Shown here piece by piece: positions 1 through 7,914 of a stretch of 64,000 bases of DNA. Each line of letters opens with the position of its first letter. The stretch's first letter is position 1. The notes beneath the pieces were generated by a model. It made no database searches, had not been told where the DNA came from, and saw only the letters and a program-made list of their open reading frames with translations. Source of the stretch: a virus. The position numbers were made by a program, and so were the translations under genes. The DNA lies in IMG/VR virus record IMGVR_UViG_3300028601_000033, positions 3,219-67,218 of that record; one strand, written 5' to 3'.

Positions 1-234
1 GGTGACGAATTACATGAGATGTGGCAAAAAGAATTAAGAGAAAAAGGATGGGTTTATGGGGAGACAATAGATTTTGAAAATAAAACTCATCCTTTCATTG
101 ATACCTCTTTTCTTAACTTGCCGTTGTTACAACAAGCTATTTTAGTTGTACTGCCTAATTTCATTTTTGCATCAAGTATACTTTCTATTTCCGGTACCTA
201 TGATGATTTCATAGCAGGCCTTAAAAATGTCTAG
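1..234 (+). CDS. RyR-domain-like phage protein (5' truncated by window edge)
   Basis: Frame open from base 1; LHEMW..E...GWVYGE..D...KTHP resembles the RyR repeat domain found in small phage proteins. Confidence 0.55.
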   Translation, partial: GDELHEMWQKELREKGWVYGETIDFENKTHPFIDTSFLNLPLLQQAILVVLPNFIFASSILSISGTYDDFIAGLKNV

Positions 235-451
235 ATCGATTCGTAATATCTACGGTATTACTGTCACGGAAGAAGGCGCAAGTATCGATAGCGCGTTATC
301 TGACTTTGGCTTATCAAATTATATAAGGGGAGCGCTGCAAAAGGGTTTATTAAATCTAGAATTGGAGCAAATACAAGAAATGTCGGGTTGTTATTTATGT
401 TGGCCATATTTAATTGGCGATGAGAAAAATGATTGGATGCTATACAGCTAA
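227..451 (+). CDS. hypothetical protein
   Basis: ORF overlapping the upstream stop, in a packed + strand gene run. Confidence 0.5.
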   Translation: MSRSIRNIYGITVTEEGASIDSALSDFGLSNYIRGALQKGLLNLELEQIQEMSGCYLCWPYLIGDEKNDWMLYS

Positions 452-473
452 GGAGGGTAAAAGAGAGGATGAG

Positions 474-674
474 ATGCCCGCTAAATCAAAACATCAACGT
501 AGATTCATGGGATACCTCTTAGGTTTATTGCGTGCTGGAGCAAAACTTCCTAACAACATTACAATGTCAGAGAAACAATTGAGAGACTTTGCAGGAACAC
601 CTGATAAGAAACTCCCTGAGAAGCTGCAGAGTCGCCTAAAAAGAAGGTCAACATCTTACAAGAAAAAGAGGTAA
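474..674 (+). CDS. small basic protein, DUF3008-like
   Basis: GAGG RBS before ATG 474; MPAKSKHQRRFMG...MSEKQLRDFA pattern. Confidence 0.55.
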   Translation: MPAKSKHQRRFMGYLLGLLRAGAKLPNNITMSEKQLRDFAGTPDKKLPEKLQSRLKRRSTSYKKKR

Positions 675-676
675 CT

Positions 677-1024
677 ATGGACGATATGCATAAGGTTAAT
701 GAAGAGCTCCTTCAATATTTTAAGAATGTATACATGGAACGCTTAGATAATCTCAAAGCAAGTGTCCATAGTACAATATTTCAAGATTCCATGTTGATTA
801 AACCTGAGCCAGTAGCATTGGCGAATTTCTTGATTGATAAAATGAAACGCTTCACTGAACAAACAGTGAGTGATTGTACACCCTTTCTGCACAATGATAA
901 AGGGACAGTTCCACATGAATGCTTTGAAAAAGTAACAATGAAGTATATTCTTGATTATGTTCAACACGAACGATTCAGCAAAATCATTATTTACGCTTTT
1001 AACATTGCAACGGAGAATAATTAA
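677..1024 (+). CDS. hypothetical protein
   Basis: GAGG RBS, 115-aa ORF, stop overlaps next start. Confidence 0.6.
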   Translation: MDDMHKVNEELLQYFKNVYMERLDNLKASVHSTIFQDSMLIKPEPVALANFLIDKMKRFTEQTVSDCTPFLHNDKGTVPHECFEKVTMKYILDYVQHERFSKIIIYAFNIATENN

Positions 1025-1593
1025 TGTATTATATTGATCATTCTGGTATTTGTAAACGTAATGGAATTAACATTGAAATAGTAATCAAACGTCAAGGTGG
1101 GAGCTCTATTTCAAGTTGGTTGAAAATGGGTAATGATGCAGTACAACTCTTGAACAGTGGTCTCGATATTAACCCGCAGGATATTGTATTCAAATACGAT
1201 ACAGCACTGCTACTCGTTAAGCCTACCGCTCCATTATACCATTCTACAATGGTTCAAGAGGTTGCTAGAAAGAAAAACTCATTTGCAATTAATCCTTTTA
1301 CTCGACAATTCACGATTGTAACTAAAACTGATATCGAAAAAACAAAGACATTGGTTAACGAAGAGATTACATGTCAATTTAAGTTTTTTGATATTACGTC
1401 TGAAGCAAATATCAGTGTACAAGTTAGTCTTCGAACTGCAAATGAGTTTGCCATGCAGCTGAGTGCCATAACAACGAATATCTTATACGGGATATTGAAA
1501 TTTAGTAATTCTCCTGATTTTATTGTCTATAATAATAGTCTTCCAGAATTCATGTCCAAGGCGTTTGCCGCATATTCTAAGTTAAAACTCTAA
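1024..1593 (+). CDS. hypothetical protein
   Basis: 189-aa ORF, TAATG coupling, GGAG RBS. Confidence 0.65.
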   Translation: MYYIDHSGICKRNGINIEIVIKRQGGSSISSWLKMGNDAVQLLNSGLDINPQDIVFKYDTALLLVKPTAPLYHSTMVQEVARKKNSFAINPFTRQFTIVTKTDIEKTKTLVNEEITCQFKFFDITSEANISVQVSLRTANEFAMQLSAITTNILYGILKFSNSPDFIVYNNSLPEFMSKAFAAYSKLKL

Positions 1594-1631
1594 AATCTAA
1601 TTAAACTCTATAGCTAAAAGGAGGTACAGAA

Positions 1632-1880
1632 ATGCATAAGAGATGTGCTAAGTGTAACCATCACATTTGGCTGAAAGAGTCTGTAGAAAGGGGGATGGGA
1701 CCGGTATGCGCTAAGAAGGACACTTCACAAAAACTTGTGTGGAATTTTAATCGTATACAATTCGAAATCAAGAGAAAGGAGTGTTCAAATGCATCACAAT
1801 TTGATCTGTCGAAATTGCGGTCTGACTTTCTCAAGTCACAAACAGAACAGTCCATTTGGTTTCCAGTGTCCTCTTCATGA
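1632..1880 (+). CDS. Zn-finger protein, DUF6011-like
   Basis: GGAGG RBS; CxxC...ES.ERGMGPVC motif. Confidence 0.6.
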   Translation: MHKRCAKCNHHIWLKESVERGMGPVCAKKDTSQKLVWNFNRIQFEIKRKECSNASQFDLSKLRSDFLKSQTEQSIWFPVSSS

Positions 1881-1995
1881 GGGTTTCGAGGATTGGCCAG
1901 ATCCTGAAACTGAAATGACGACTTACTTCAGTGCCACAGATAATTACCGAGATATCCCTCTGGGCACACCTTCAAAAAGGCTCACAAATGGCTGA
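1789..1995 (+). CDS. small Cys-rich hypothetical protein
   Basis: AAGGAG RBS before ATG 1789; CRNC...CPLH; overlaps the previous ORF. Confidence 0.4.
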   Translation: MHHNLICRNCGLTFSSHKQNSPFGFQCPLHEGFEDWPDPETEMTTYFSATDNYRDIPLGTPSKRLTNG

Positions 1996-2173
1996 ATGGA
2001 CAAATGTACCTGTAAAACAATTATCGGACACTGATGCAGAAAGGAAGGTAAAAGACTCAATAATTTTATTATCCACCGAGCCATACCTTCTGGATGACCC
2101 GGTGTTAGCTAGCAGTTTAAAAGGATTGGCAATTAAATTAGAATCTATTAAACCTAACACTAACCTGGAGTAG
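1988..2173 (+). CDS. hypothetical protein
   Basis: AAGG RBS before ATG 1988. Confidence 0.45.
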   Translation: MAEWTNVPVKQLSDTDAERKVKDSIILLSTEPYLLDDPVLASSLKGLAIKLESIKPNTNLE

Positions 2174-2176
2174 AAC

Positions 2177-2596
2177 ATGGATTGGTTAAATAGGCTACAT
2201 GGTCGTACACTGAAAAATGCAATCGATGATGTACATTGTAAGCTATGTGCAAACCCCTCTAATGAAAGATGTCTAAAGGCCTTGAGGGATCATTGCAATG
2301 CATGTAGGGAATGTATTGAAATTGCGTATTCATTGGATGTTATTGACCCTGTAGCCCACTTTCAATTACTATATACTGTGCCTTTATTTAAACTTATCCT
2401 ACAGGGTAGGATTAAGATTAATCACGGGGGATTGCAAATTGCACCATTATCAACATTTATCAAAAGTCAGGAGCCATTCAATTACGATTATAAATATATT
2501 GGCACATGTGGAGGGTGCGGTCAGAAGCGGGTAAAAATAGTTGAACTAGACTTTTGTTGGAACTGTTTCGATCTTTGGCAAGCAGGAAGGCTGTAG
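2177..2596 (+). CDS. Cys-rich (Zn-binding) hypothetical protein
   Basis: GGAG RBS; several CxxC motifs. Confidence 0.6.
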   Translation: MDWLNRLHGRTLKNAIDDVHCKLCANPSNERCLKALRDHCNACRECIEIAYSLDVIDPVAHFQLLYTVPLFKLILQGRIKINHGGLQIAPLSTFIKSQEPFNYDYKYIGTCGGCGQKRVKIVELDFCWNCFDLWQAGRL

Positions 2597-2724
2597 CCAA
2601 AGGATACGCCAGATCTATCGATGTATATTATATTATTTTCTAATACGGAGTGGATTGAAAGCATGAAGAGTAATAGTGGTATTTCTAAACCTAAACATGG
2701 AAACAGCGATCTGAGCGTAAAAAG

Positions 2725-2777
2725 TAATGCACCACCGTAGTATCCTTTAAGGTTTCTTATTGGGCGGTGGTGTATTA
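2725..2777. repeat. intergenic inverted repeat (13-bp stem, one G-T pair)
   Basis: TAATGCACCACCG ... CGGTGGTGTATTA. Confidence 0.5.
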
Positions 2778-2802
2778 GAGGGCAGCTTTTTCGATTTTAG
2801 GA

Positions 2803-3024
2803 GTGAAGATGTTAAAGATTATTATTGATTATGAAAATATGCTTTATCCTCAAAATAAAGAAATGTTTAATAAGACAATTCCAGAAAAGGTCTGGTTCAA
2901 ACTACGTGAAGAGGCTCAGCGACTTCTTGATATCGGTACAGGCTCTCAAGAAGTTAAAGATCATTGGCGATCTATTGTTAAGGGGACGGTCCCATTTAAT
3001 TACTCAGTGTTGCCGGAGGATTAA
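2803..3024 (+). CDS. hypothetical protein
   Basis: AGGAG RBS; 73-aa ORF. Confidence 0.55.
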   Translation: MKMLKIIIDYENMLYPQNKEMFNKTIPEKVWFKLREEAQRLLDIGTGSQEVKDHWRSIVKGTVPFNYSVLPED

Positions 3025-3148
3025 TGCTTAAGATTGGCGATTTTATTTACGGTCTAAGGAGTGCAGCTGCACTTTAATGATATTTTAATAAATAAATGCA
3101 ATAAACTCTTAACATTTACAGTTACATATAAGGAAGATTGGTATATTT

Positions 3149-3352
3149 ATGACAGCTAGAAATCAACTCAAGATAGGTGATCGTATTGTCGTAAAAGATT
3201 ATGGACTTCTTGAGCTTGTCCCTGAGATAGATGACTGTGAGGGTTGCGTCTTTCTTGATAAAGATGGTTATCAATGTCTGGACCCGATGTATCTTAATTG
3301 TGGACTTGGTCATTTTATTGTCGTGAGGAGATCAGATGGGGACTCTAAATGA
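3149..3352 (+). CDS. hypothetical protein
   Basis: 67-aa ORF with CEGCVF...C pattern. Confidence 0.5.
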   Translation: MTARNQLKIGDRIVVKDYGLLELVPEIDDCEGCVFLDKDGYQCLDPMYLNCGLGHFIVVRRSDGDSK

Positions 3353-3600
3353 TACTGAGCGAAATACTTATTTAAGTCGTATTAGTGCATTGGAAAAAGA
3401 AATACGTATCTTAAGACGTCAGATGAAAAAGATCCGTAAATATGGTAAAGCTCAGCATTGATCTTATTGAGAAACAAATTCGATAAAGTCAAGTAATACT
3501 CATTAAAAAGCGTTCCTTTAAATGGCTTAAATCTAAAATTACCAAAGATTTTTATGTGAACCTATTCAGATACTTAACAGAGATTAGAGGAGAAATTAAC

Positions 3601-4350
3601 ATGCAAGAAAATTTAACGCCTATAGGTGAAATCATAGTTGGATATAAAGCAACTGATGCTAACATGCAATGCCGTGGTTTTAAATATGAACTCGGTAAAT
3701 GGTATGAACATGATGGAGAAATAGTACCATGTAAATCTGGTTTTCACTTTTGTGAACATATGCCTGGTCCTTTGTGTTATTACAATCAAGGGCGATTATT
3801 TAAGTGTGAAGCTGAGCTTGTTTTGAAATCTTATTCACCTGGCGTCGGTAGAAAACATGTTGCAAAACGTATAAGACTGATCCAAGAAATCGCGATTTTG
3901 GAAAGATATACCACTGGAAATGGAAACTCCGGAGATGAAAACACCGGATGGAGAAACGACGGAGATAACAACACTGGACATGAAAACTTCGGAAATTTCA
4001 ACACTGGAAATGAAAACTCCGGAAATAGAAACACCGGAAACTGTAACATTGGAAACAGAAACTCCGGGAATGATAACGTTGGAAATGGGAATACCGGAAA
4101 TGGTAATGTCGGCAATTATCATAGTGGATGTTTAAATTTTGGCGAAGCACCTTTTTATATCTTCAATAAGCCGACCAAACGAGAATACGTTGATTTCGAG
4201 CTTGTCTATCAGCTGTCAAGAGAACTTAGGAGAGACGTAGATATAGACCCGTCTCCGTATTTATCTTTGCCTAATGCGAATGCAAAAATAATCAAAGTGT
4301 TACATGAGGCATACAAAGAAGCCCGTAGAAAAATTGAAAATAACTCATAA
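3601..4350 (+). CDS. phage protein with N-terminal YKA..CRGFKY..CKSGFHFC domain and NxGxx pentapeptide repeats
   Basis: GAGGAG RBS before ATG 3601; about 15 tandem N(T/S)Gxx repeats. Confidence 0.75.
   Translation: MQENLTPIGEIIVGYKATDANMQCRGFKYELGKWYEHDGEIVPCKSGFHFCEHMPGPLCYYNQGRLFKCEAELVLKSYSPGVGRKHVAKRIRLIQEIAILERYTTGNGNSGDENTGWRNDGDNNTGHENFGNFNTGNENSGNRNTGNCNIGNRNSGNDNVGNGNTGNGNVGNYHSGCLNFGEAPFYIFNKPTKREYVDFELVYQLSRELRRDVDIDPSPYLSLPNANAKIIKVLHEAYKEARRKIENNS
3910..4130 (+). repeat. 15-nt-period coding repeat (pentapeptide, beta-helix-like)
   Basis: Recurring AACAC(C/T)GGA / AACTCCGG units every 15 nt. Confidence 0.8.
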
Positions 4351-4468
4351 TTATCCATCATGCAATACCTTTAGAGTACAAGATAAAGGTTGTGCGTCTA
4401 GAAAGAATGTAGCATCTAACCGATATATTGTCCGGTATGCGATGAAAAGATTGGTAAATAATTTAAAT

Positions 4469-4525
4469 AACCCTCCGGTGCTGCCCTTATGGGTGGTGCT
4501 GGAGGGTTCCCTTATTTTTTTTTTC
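4469..4525 (+). terminator. long GC hairpin followed by T-tract
   Basis: AACCCTCCGGTGCTGCCC-TTAT-GGGTGGTGCTGGAGGGTT then a run of about 10 T. Confidence 0.6.
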
Positions 4526-4607
4526 GCATACAACTTGGGTACTTCTAAGCGGGTGTCCCCATAACACCCTTTTCATCGTTCTAAGCGAGGACACACAAAC
4601 CTTTGAC

Positions 4608-4640
4608 GAACCCGTTAAATTAACCTAAGAGCTGTACCCC
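4608..4640 (+). promoter_or_regulatory. conserved phage motif copy 1 (putative phage RNAP promoter) upstream of packaging genes
   Basis: GAACCCGTTAAATTAACC+TAAGAGCTGTACCCC; recurs at 20701, 42692, 50114. Confidence 0.75.
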
Positions 4641-4966
4641 TGAGTTACCTAGAATATCCTTTATTTAGGTAGTATTTATTAATATATTTAAATATAAGTA
4701 TATATAAGGATATAGATATAGATATCTATGTAGACCTCCTCTCTAGGGACTTTAGAAGAACCACTTCGAATGGCAGGGCTTCTAAGCAAATTGCCGGATA
4801 CTTCAACCTGAATGATACATTGAGGGAGTACCACAAAACGATTACTCCGAAGTTGTATTCTTGGGGGAGAATATCATTGAGCTTTGAATGAGCTATGAGA
4901 GGGCGACCCAAGAGGTCGTAACCCCTCGAGATTTTAAACTTATGTGTCCAGAAAGGATGCTCTATT

Positions 4967-5425
4967 ATGGGTAAGTTGAAAGTACCTGAGCAACCAGGTA
5001 TGCGCCAAGGAATGACCAAACCGGAAAGACTTCATAGAGGTTCAATTAGAAGTCAAAAGAGATTAAATGCATTAAAGTTTGACCCTATAGGGGAGCTAGT
5101 AAAGCAATATCGTAATCTAGAAGAGGTAGTTGCTTTCTGGGTAAGAATAAGAGATGGTGTTCAAGTAGAACTGACCCAAAAGGGTCGTGTCAAAGCTTAT
5201 AATGCCAAAGCTCATATGGATGCTCATAACGCTCTCATTAATATAGGGGAAAAGTTACTTAGATATAATTATGGTCGTGTTCCTGAAGTTAATGAGGTTC
5301 AGATTACACAACCTACACCTATGTTTGTTCAGTTAACAGATCAGTGTACAGATGTTGTTACCATAAACCCTCCTATTCCCATTGAGTTTGATGTGGATAA
5401 AGATGACGACGAAGAGGACTTCTAA
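4967..5425 (+). CDS. probable terminase small subunit
   Basis: First gene after the motif, upstream of TerL; helical FDPI..L pattern, acidic tail. Confidence 0.5.
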   Translation: MGKLKVPEQPGMRQGMTKPERLHRGSIRSQKRLNALKFDPIGELVKQYRNLEEVVAFWVRIRDGVQVELTQKGRVKAYNAKAHMDAHNALINIGEKLLRYNYGRVPEVNEVQITQPTPMFVQLTDQCTDVVTINPPIPIEFDVDKDDDEEDF

Positions 5426-5650
5426 ATGGATATCTCTAAGAAGATTTGTGACGCTACAGATGAAGAATTGTTGATGGCTTTAATGAAGAGGAATGAACTC
5501 CATGTGGCACCTGCAAGGACAGAACGCTTTGGACTTCATTATGCATCTATTGTAGGGATAGGAAACGATCATACTGCTTTTATTACTGTGTATTGCGAAG
5601 ACTTAGCCAAACTTAAAGAGATCACTAAGGAGTTTCATTTCGATGACTGA
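5426..5650 (+). CDS. hypothetical protein (paralog of 5924-6109)
   Basis: TDEELL..L..RN.L..AP shared with 5924-6109. Confidence 0.6.
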   Translation: MDISKKICDATDEELLMALMKRNELHVAPARTERFGLHYASIVGIGNDHTAFITVYCEDLAKLKEITKEFHFDD

Positions 5651-5816
5651 AGAATACAATCTAGGTAAAACAGCTTATGAAGCTTATTGTGTTTCCGTAG
5701 GTGGTGTAAGTGCTGTATCAGGCGCTCCCCTTCCTTTGTTTCATAAAACAACTAAATCGATCCAAGAAGGTTGGATTGCCGCCGCTAATGCAGTCAAGAA
5801 AGTGTGCAATGAGTGA
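5643..5816 (+). CDS. small hypothetical protein (57 aa, below ORF-track cutoff)
   Basis: AAGGAG RBS; MTEEYNLGKTAYEAYCVSVGG...LP...IQEGWIAAA. Confidence 0.55.
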   Translation: MTEEYNLGKTAYEAYCVSVGGVSAVSGAPLPLFHKTTKSIQEGWIAAANAVKKVCNE

Positions 5817-5923
5817 ACTTCTGATCAGACAAGTTGAGAATGGATATGATATCAATAACCCTGTGTCTTTAGGTAGTTTCATTGCTAATTGGGCAGCCAA
5901 TAAAAGCAAAGAAAGGTCTAATA

Positions 5924-6109
5924 ATGGAGAAAAATGAAGACTTAAAGGACTTCACAGATGAGGAATTGCTTAAAGAACTTCTTTGTAGAAACAAGCTTGT
6001 TACTGCTCCAAATAAGCCGGTATTGTGTCTTATCAATATTAGTGAGAACTTCTCTTCTGTCATCCATATTAACCCGCATGCTTTTAGGGCTTTGAGAGAG
6101 TTAACATGA
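5924..6109 (+). CDS. hypothetical protein (paralog of 5426-5650)
   Basis: DFTDEELLKELLCRNKLVTAP; ATGA overlap with terL. Confidence 0.6.
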   Translation: MEKNEDLKDFTDEELLKELLCRNKLVTAPNKPVLCLINISENFSSVIHINPHAFRALRELT

Positions 6110-7455
6110 GCATATTACTCCATCCGGGACAATCTACGGTTTTTCGAGCAATGTTCATAGAGCGTCTTTATCGATTTATTGTGGTATGCTGCTCTCGTGG
6201 TTGGGGCAAATCCTATATGGCTGCTGTTGCTGCATGTACCGCTTTATACGAACTATTTGAACTTGACGAAAGTGTCCCGAATAAGGTGGTGTATATTATT
6301 GCTCCAACATATGATCAGGTAACAGAGATTTACTACCCTCTACTTGCCTATGACTTAGGTCTAGAGAGTATCGCATTAAAGTCCTCTAGAGACTTAGGTA
6401 GATTTGTGTTTCCAGGTCGTGTAGAACTCAGACTTGTTTCCTATGAAGCTGTAGAACGATTGCGTGGTAAAGGTGCTTACTTTGTAGTATGGGATGAGGT
6501 TACATCTTGTAAGAAAGGTATCTCAGCAAAGAAGGCATGGCAGGGTGTTATCCAACCCTGTATAATCACGCGTTGGTCTGAACAGAATGCTAAAAGGTTT
6601 GATGCTAAGAACCCAGGTAGGGGACTTATTATTAGTACACCTAAGGGTTATGACTTTTTTCATGAATTATATAGTCTGAGAGAATTAAACCCTCTCTGGG
6701 GTAGTTATCATTATGACTATACGCAGTCACCATATCTTGATATCAATGAGATTGAATCAATCAAGAATGACCTTGACCCTATCGAGTTCGCCTCAGAGTA
6801 TCTAGCTTCCTTCAAGGAGTCTGGTAATAGTGTCTTTTATATGTTCGATAGAGATAGACATGTAACCTCTCAGATACCTGATTTCGTCACTTCTAAGAAA
6901 AGTAATGATCTCGGTGAAGATGTCCATGCATGTATTGACTTTAACGTTGGTCTCCAGTGTACTTCTCTATTTGCCCTTAGGGGTGGTCAGGCACAATTCA
7001 TCGATGAGATAAAGGGACATCCTGATACGGAATCCTTAGCTAAAGATCTTAGAAACCGTTTTAAGAATCATCGTATATTTGCTTATCCTGACCCTTCAGG
7101 TAAAGCCAGAAAAACATCTGCACCAGTAGGTGTTACCGACTTTAGTATCTTAAAGTCACAAGGTATTCAAGTGAATGCCAGAAAGAAAGCACCACCAATT
7201 GTTGATAGTGTAGCTGCTGTCAATCGAATGTTGGTTAATGCAAATAATAACACAAATCTATATATTCATCCCAGATGTAAAGGCTTGATATTGTCCTTAG
7301 AGAGAACCAAATGGGTGGATGGAAACCCAAATACAGCTACTATTGATAAATCAGAGAACCTTGAACACTTCTCTGATGGCATTAGATATGGTCTCGAATA
7401 TTTATTTCCTATTCAATCACATACTACACCCGTTAAACGTGGATTTAATTTCTAA
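6106..7455 (+). CDS. terL: terminase large subunit
   Basis: Walker A-like SRGWGKS, Walker B VVWDE, ISTPKG motif, nuclease motifs IDFN, YPDPSG and HFSDG. Confidence 0.95.
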   Translation: MSILLHPGQSTVFRAMFIERLYRFIVVCCSRGWGKSYMAAVAACTALYELFELDESVPNKVVYIIAPTYDQVTEIYYPLLAYDLGLESIALKSSRDLGRFVFPGRVELRLVSYEAVERLRGKGAYFVVWDEVTSCKKGISAKKAWQGVIQPCIITRWSEQNAKRFDAKNPGRGLIISTPKGYDFFHELYSLRELNPLWGSYHYDYTQSPYLDINEIESIKNDLDPIEFASEYLASFKESGNSVFYMFDRDRHVTSQIPDFVTSKKSNDLGEDVHACIDFNVGLQCTSLFALRGGQAQFIDEIKGHPDTESLAKDLRNRFKNHRIFAYPDPSGKARKTSAPVGVTDFSILKSQGIQVNARKKAPPIVDSVAAVNRMLVNANNNTNLYIHPRCKGLILSLERTKWVDGNPNTATIDKSENLEHFSDGIRYGLEYLFPIQSHTTPVKRGFNF

Positions 7456-7466
7456 AGGACAATTCA

Positions 7467-7904
7467 ATGACATCTCTTCGTAAACGTATAAACCCTGGTA
7501 ACTGGAACATAACTGCCAATGATGGCACAACCTTGGTTGCAGTTAATGTTGTAACGGGTGAAGCATTTAGTGGAACTCCTCAAGCATTTGCAGCCCTTCT
7601 AAGGACACCTGTAAGTGAGACAGACCCTGTCAAGGTTTATCCTATTGTTAAAATTCTAGGTAATGAGAACCTAACTGCAGGTATTGCCCATGTAGAATCT
7701 TTGGCTATTGACGCCGAAACAGTCAGAATAGTGACACAAGAGGATATATTCGTTGAAATCGGTGAAAACCCTGTAGCTACAGTAGATTCAACAATTATGT
7801 TGGCTAATTCGTTGGAATATTTTCAGATTACTCGTGGTGATAAAGTGTCTGTCCTCCAAGTAAATGTCGGCGGTATTGTTTCTGTAGCTCCCGTTCAGAT
7901 GTAA
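7467..7904 (+). CDS. hypothetical virion-associated protein
   Basis: AAGGA RBS; N-terminal ~45 aa homologous to the C-terminus of 14160-14429. Confidence 0.65.
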   Translation: MTSLRKRINPGNWNITANDGTTLVAVNVVTGEAFSGTPQAFAALLRTPVSETDPVKVYPIVKILGNENLTAGIAHVESLAIDAETVRIVTQEDIFVEIGENPVATVDSTIMLANSLEYFQITRGDKVSVLQVNVGGIVSVAPVQM

Positions 7905-7914
7905 GGAGGATTCC

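Noticed and set aside
3831-4135. AAC-rich repeats as a DGR template repeat or CRISPR array
   Set aside because: They are 15-nt coding pentapeptide repeats with no similarity to the VR at 9946-10062 and no repeat-spacer structure; the overlapping ORFs are shadows
4726-5019. Minus-strand 97-aa ORF upstream of terS
   Set aside because: Opposes the genome-wide orientation, overlaps terS and has no motif; the region looks regulatory
7428-7437. ACCCGTTAAA partial match to the promoter motif
   Set aside because: Lacks the TTAACC half and lies in terL coding sequence; at most a weak site
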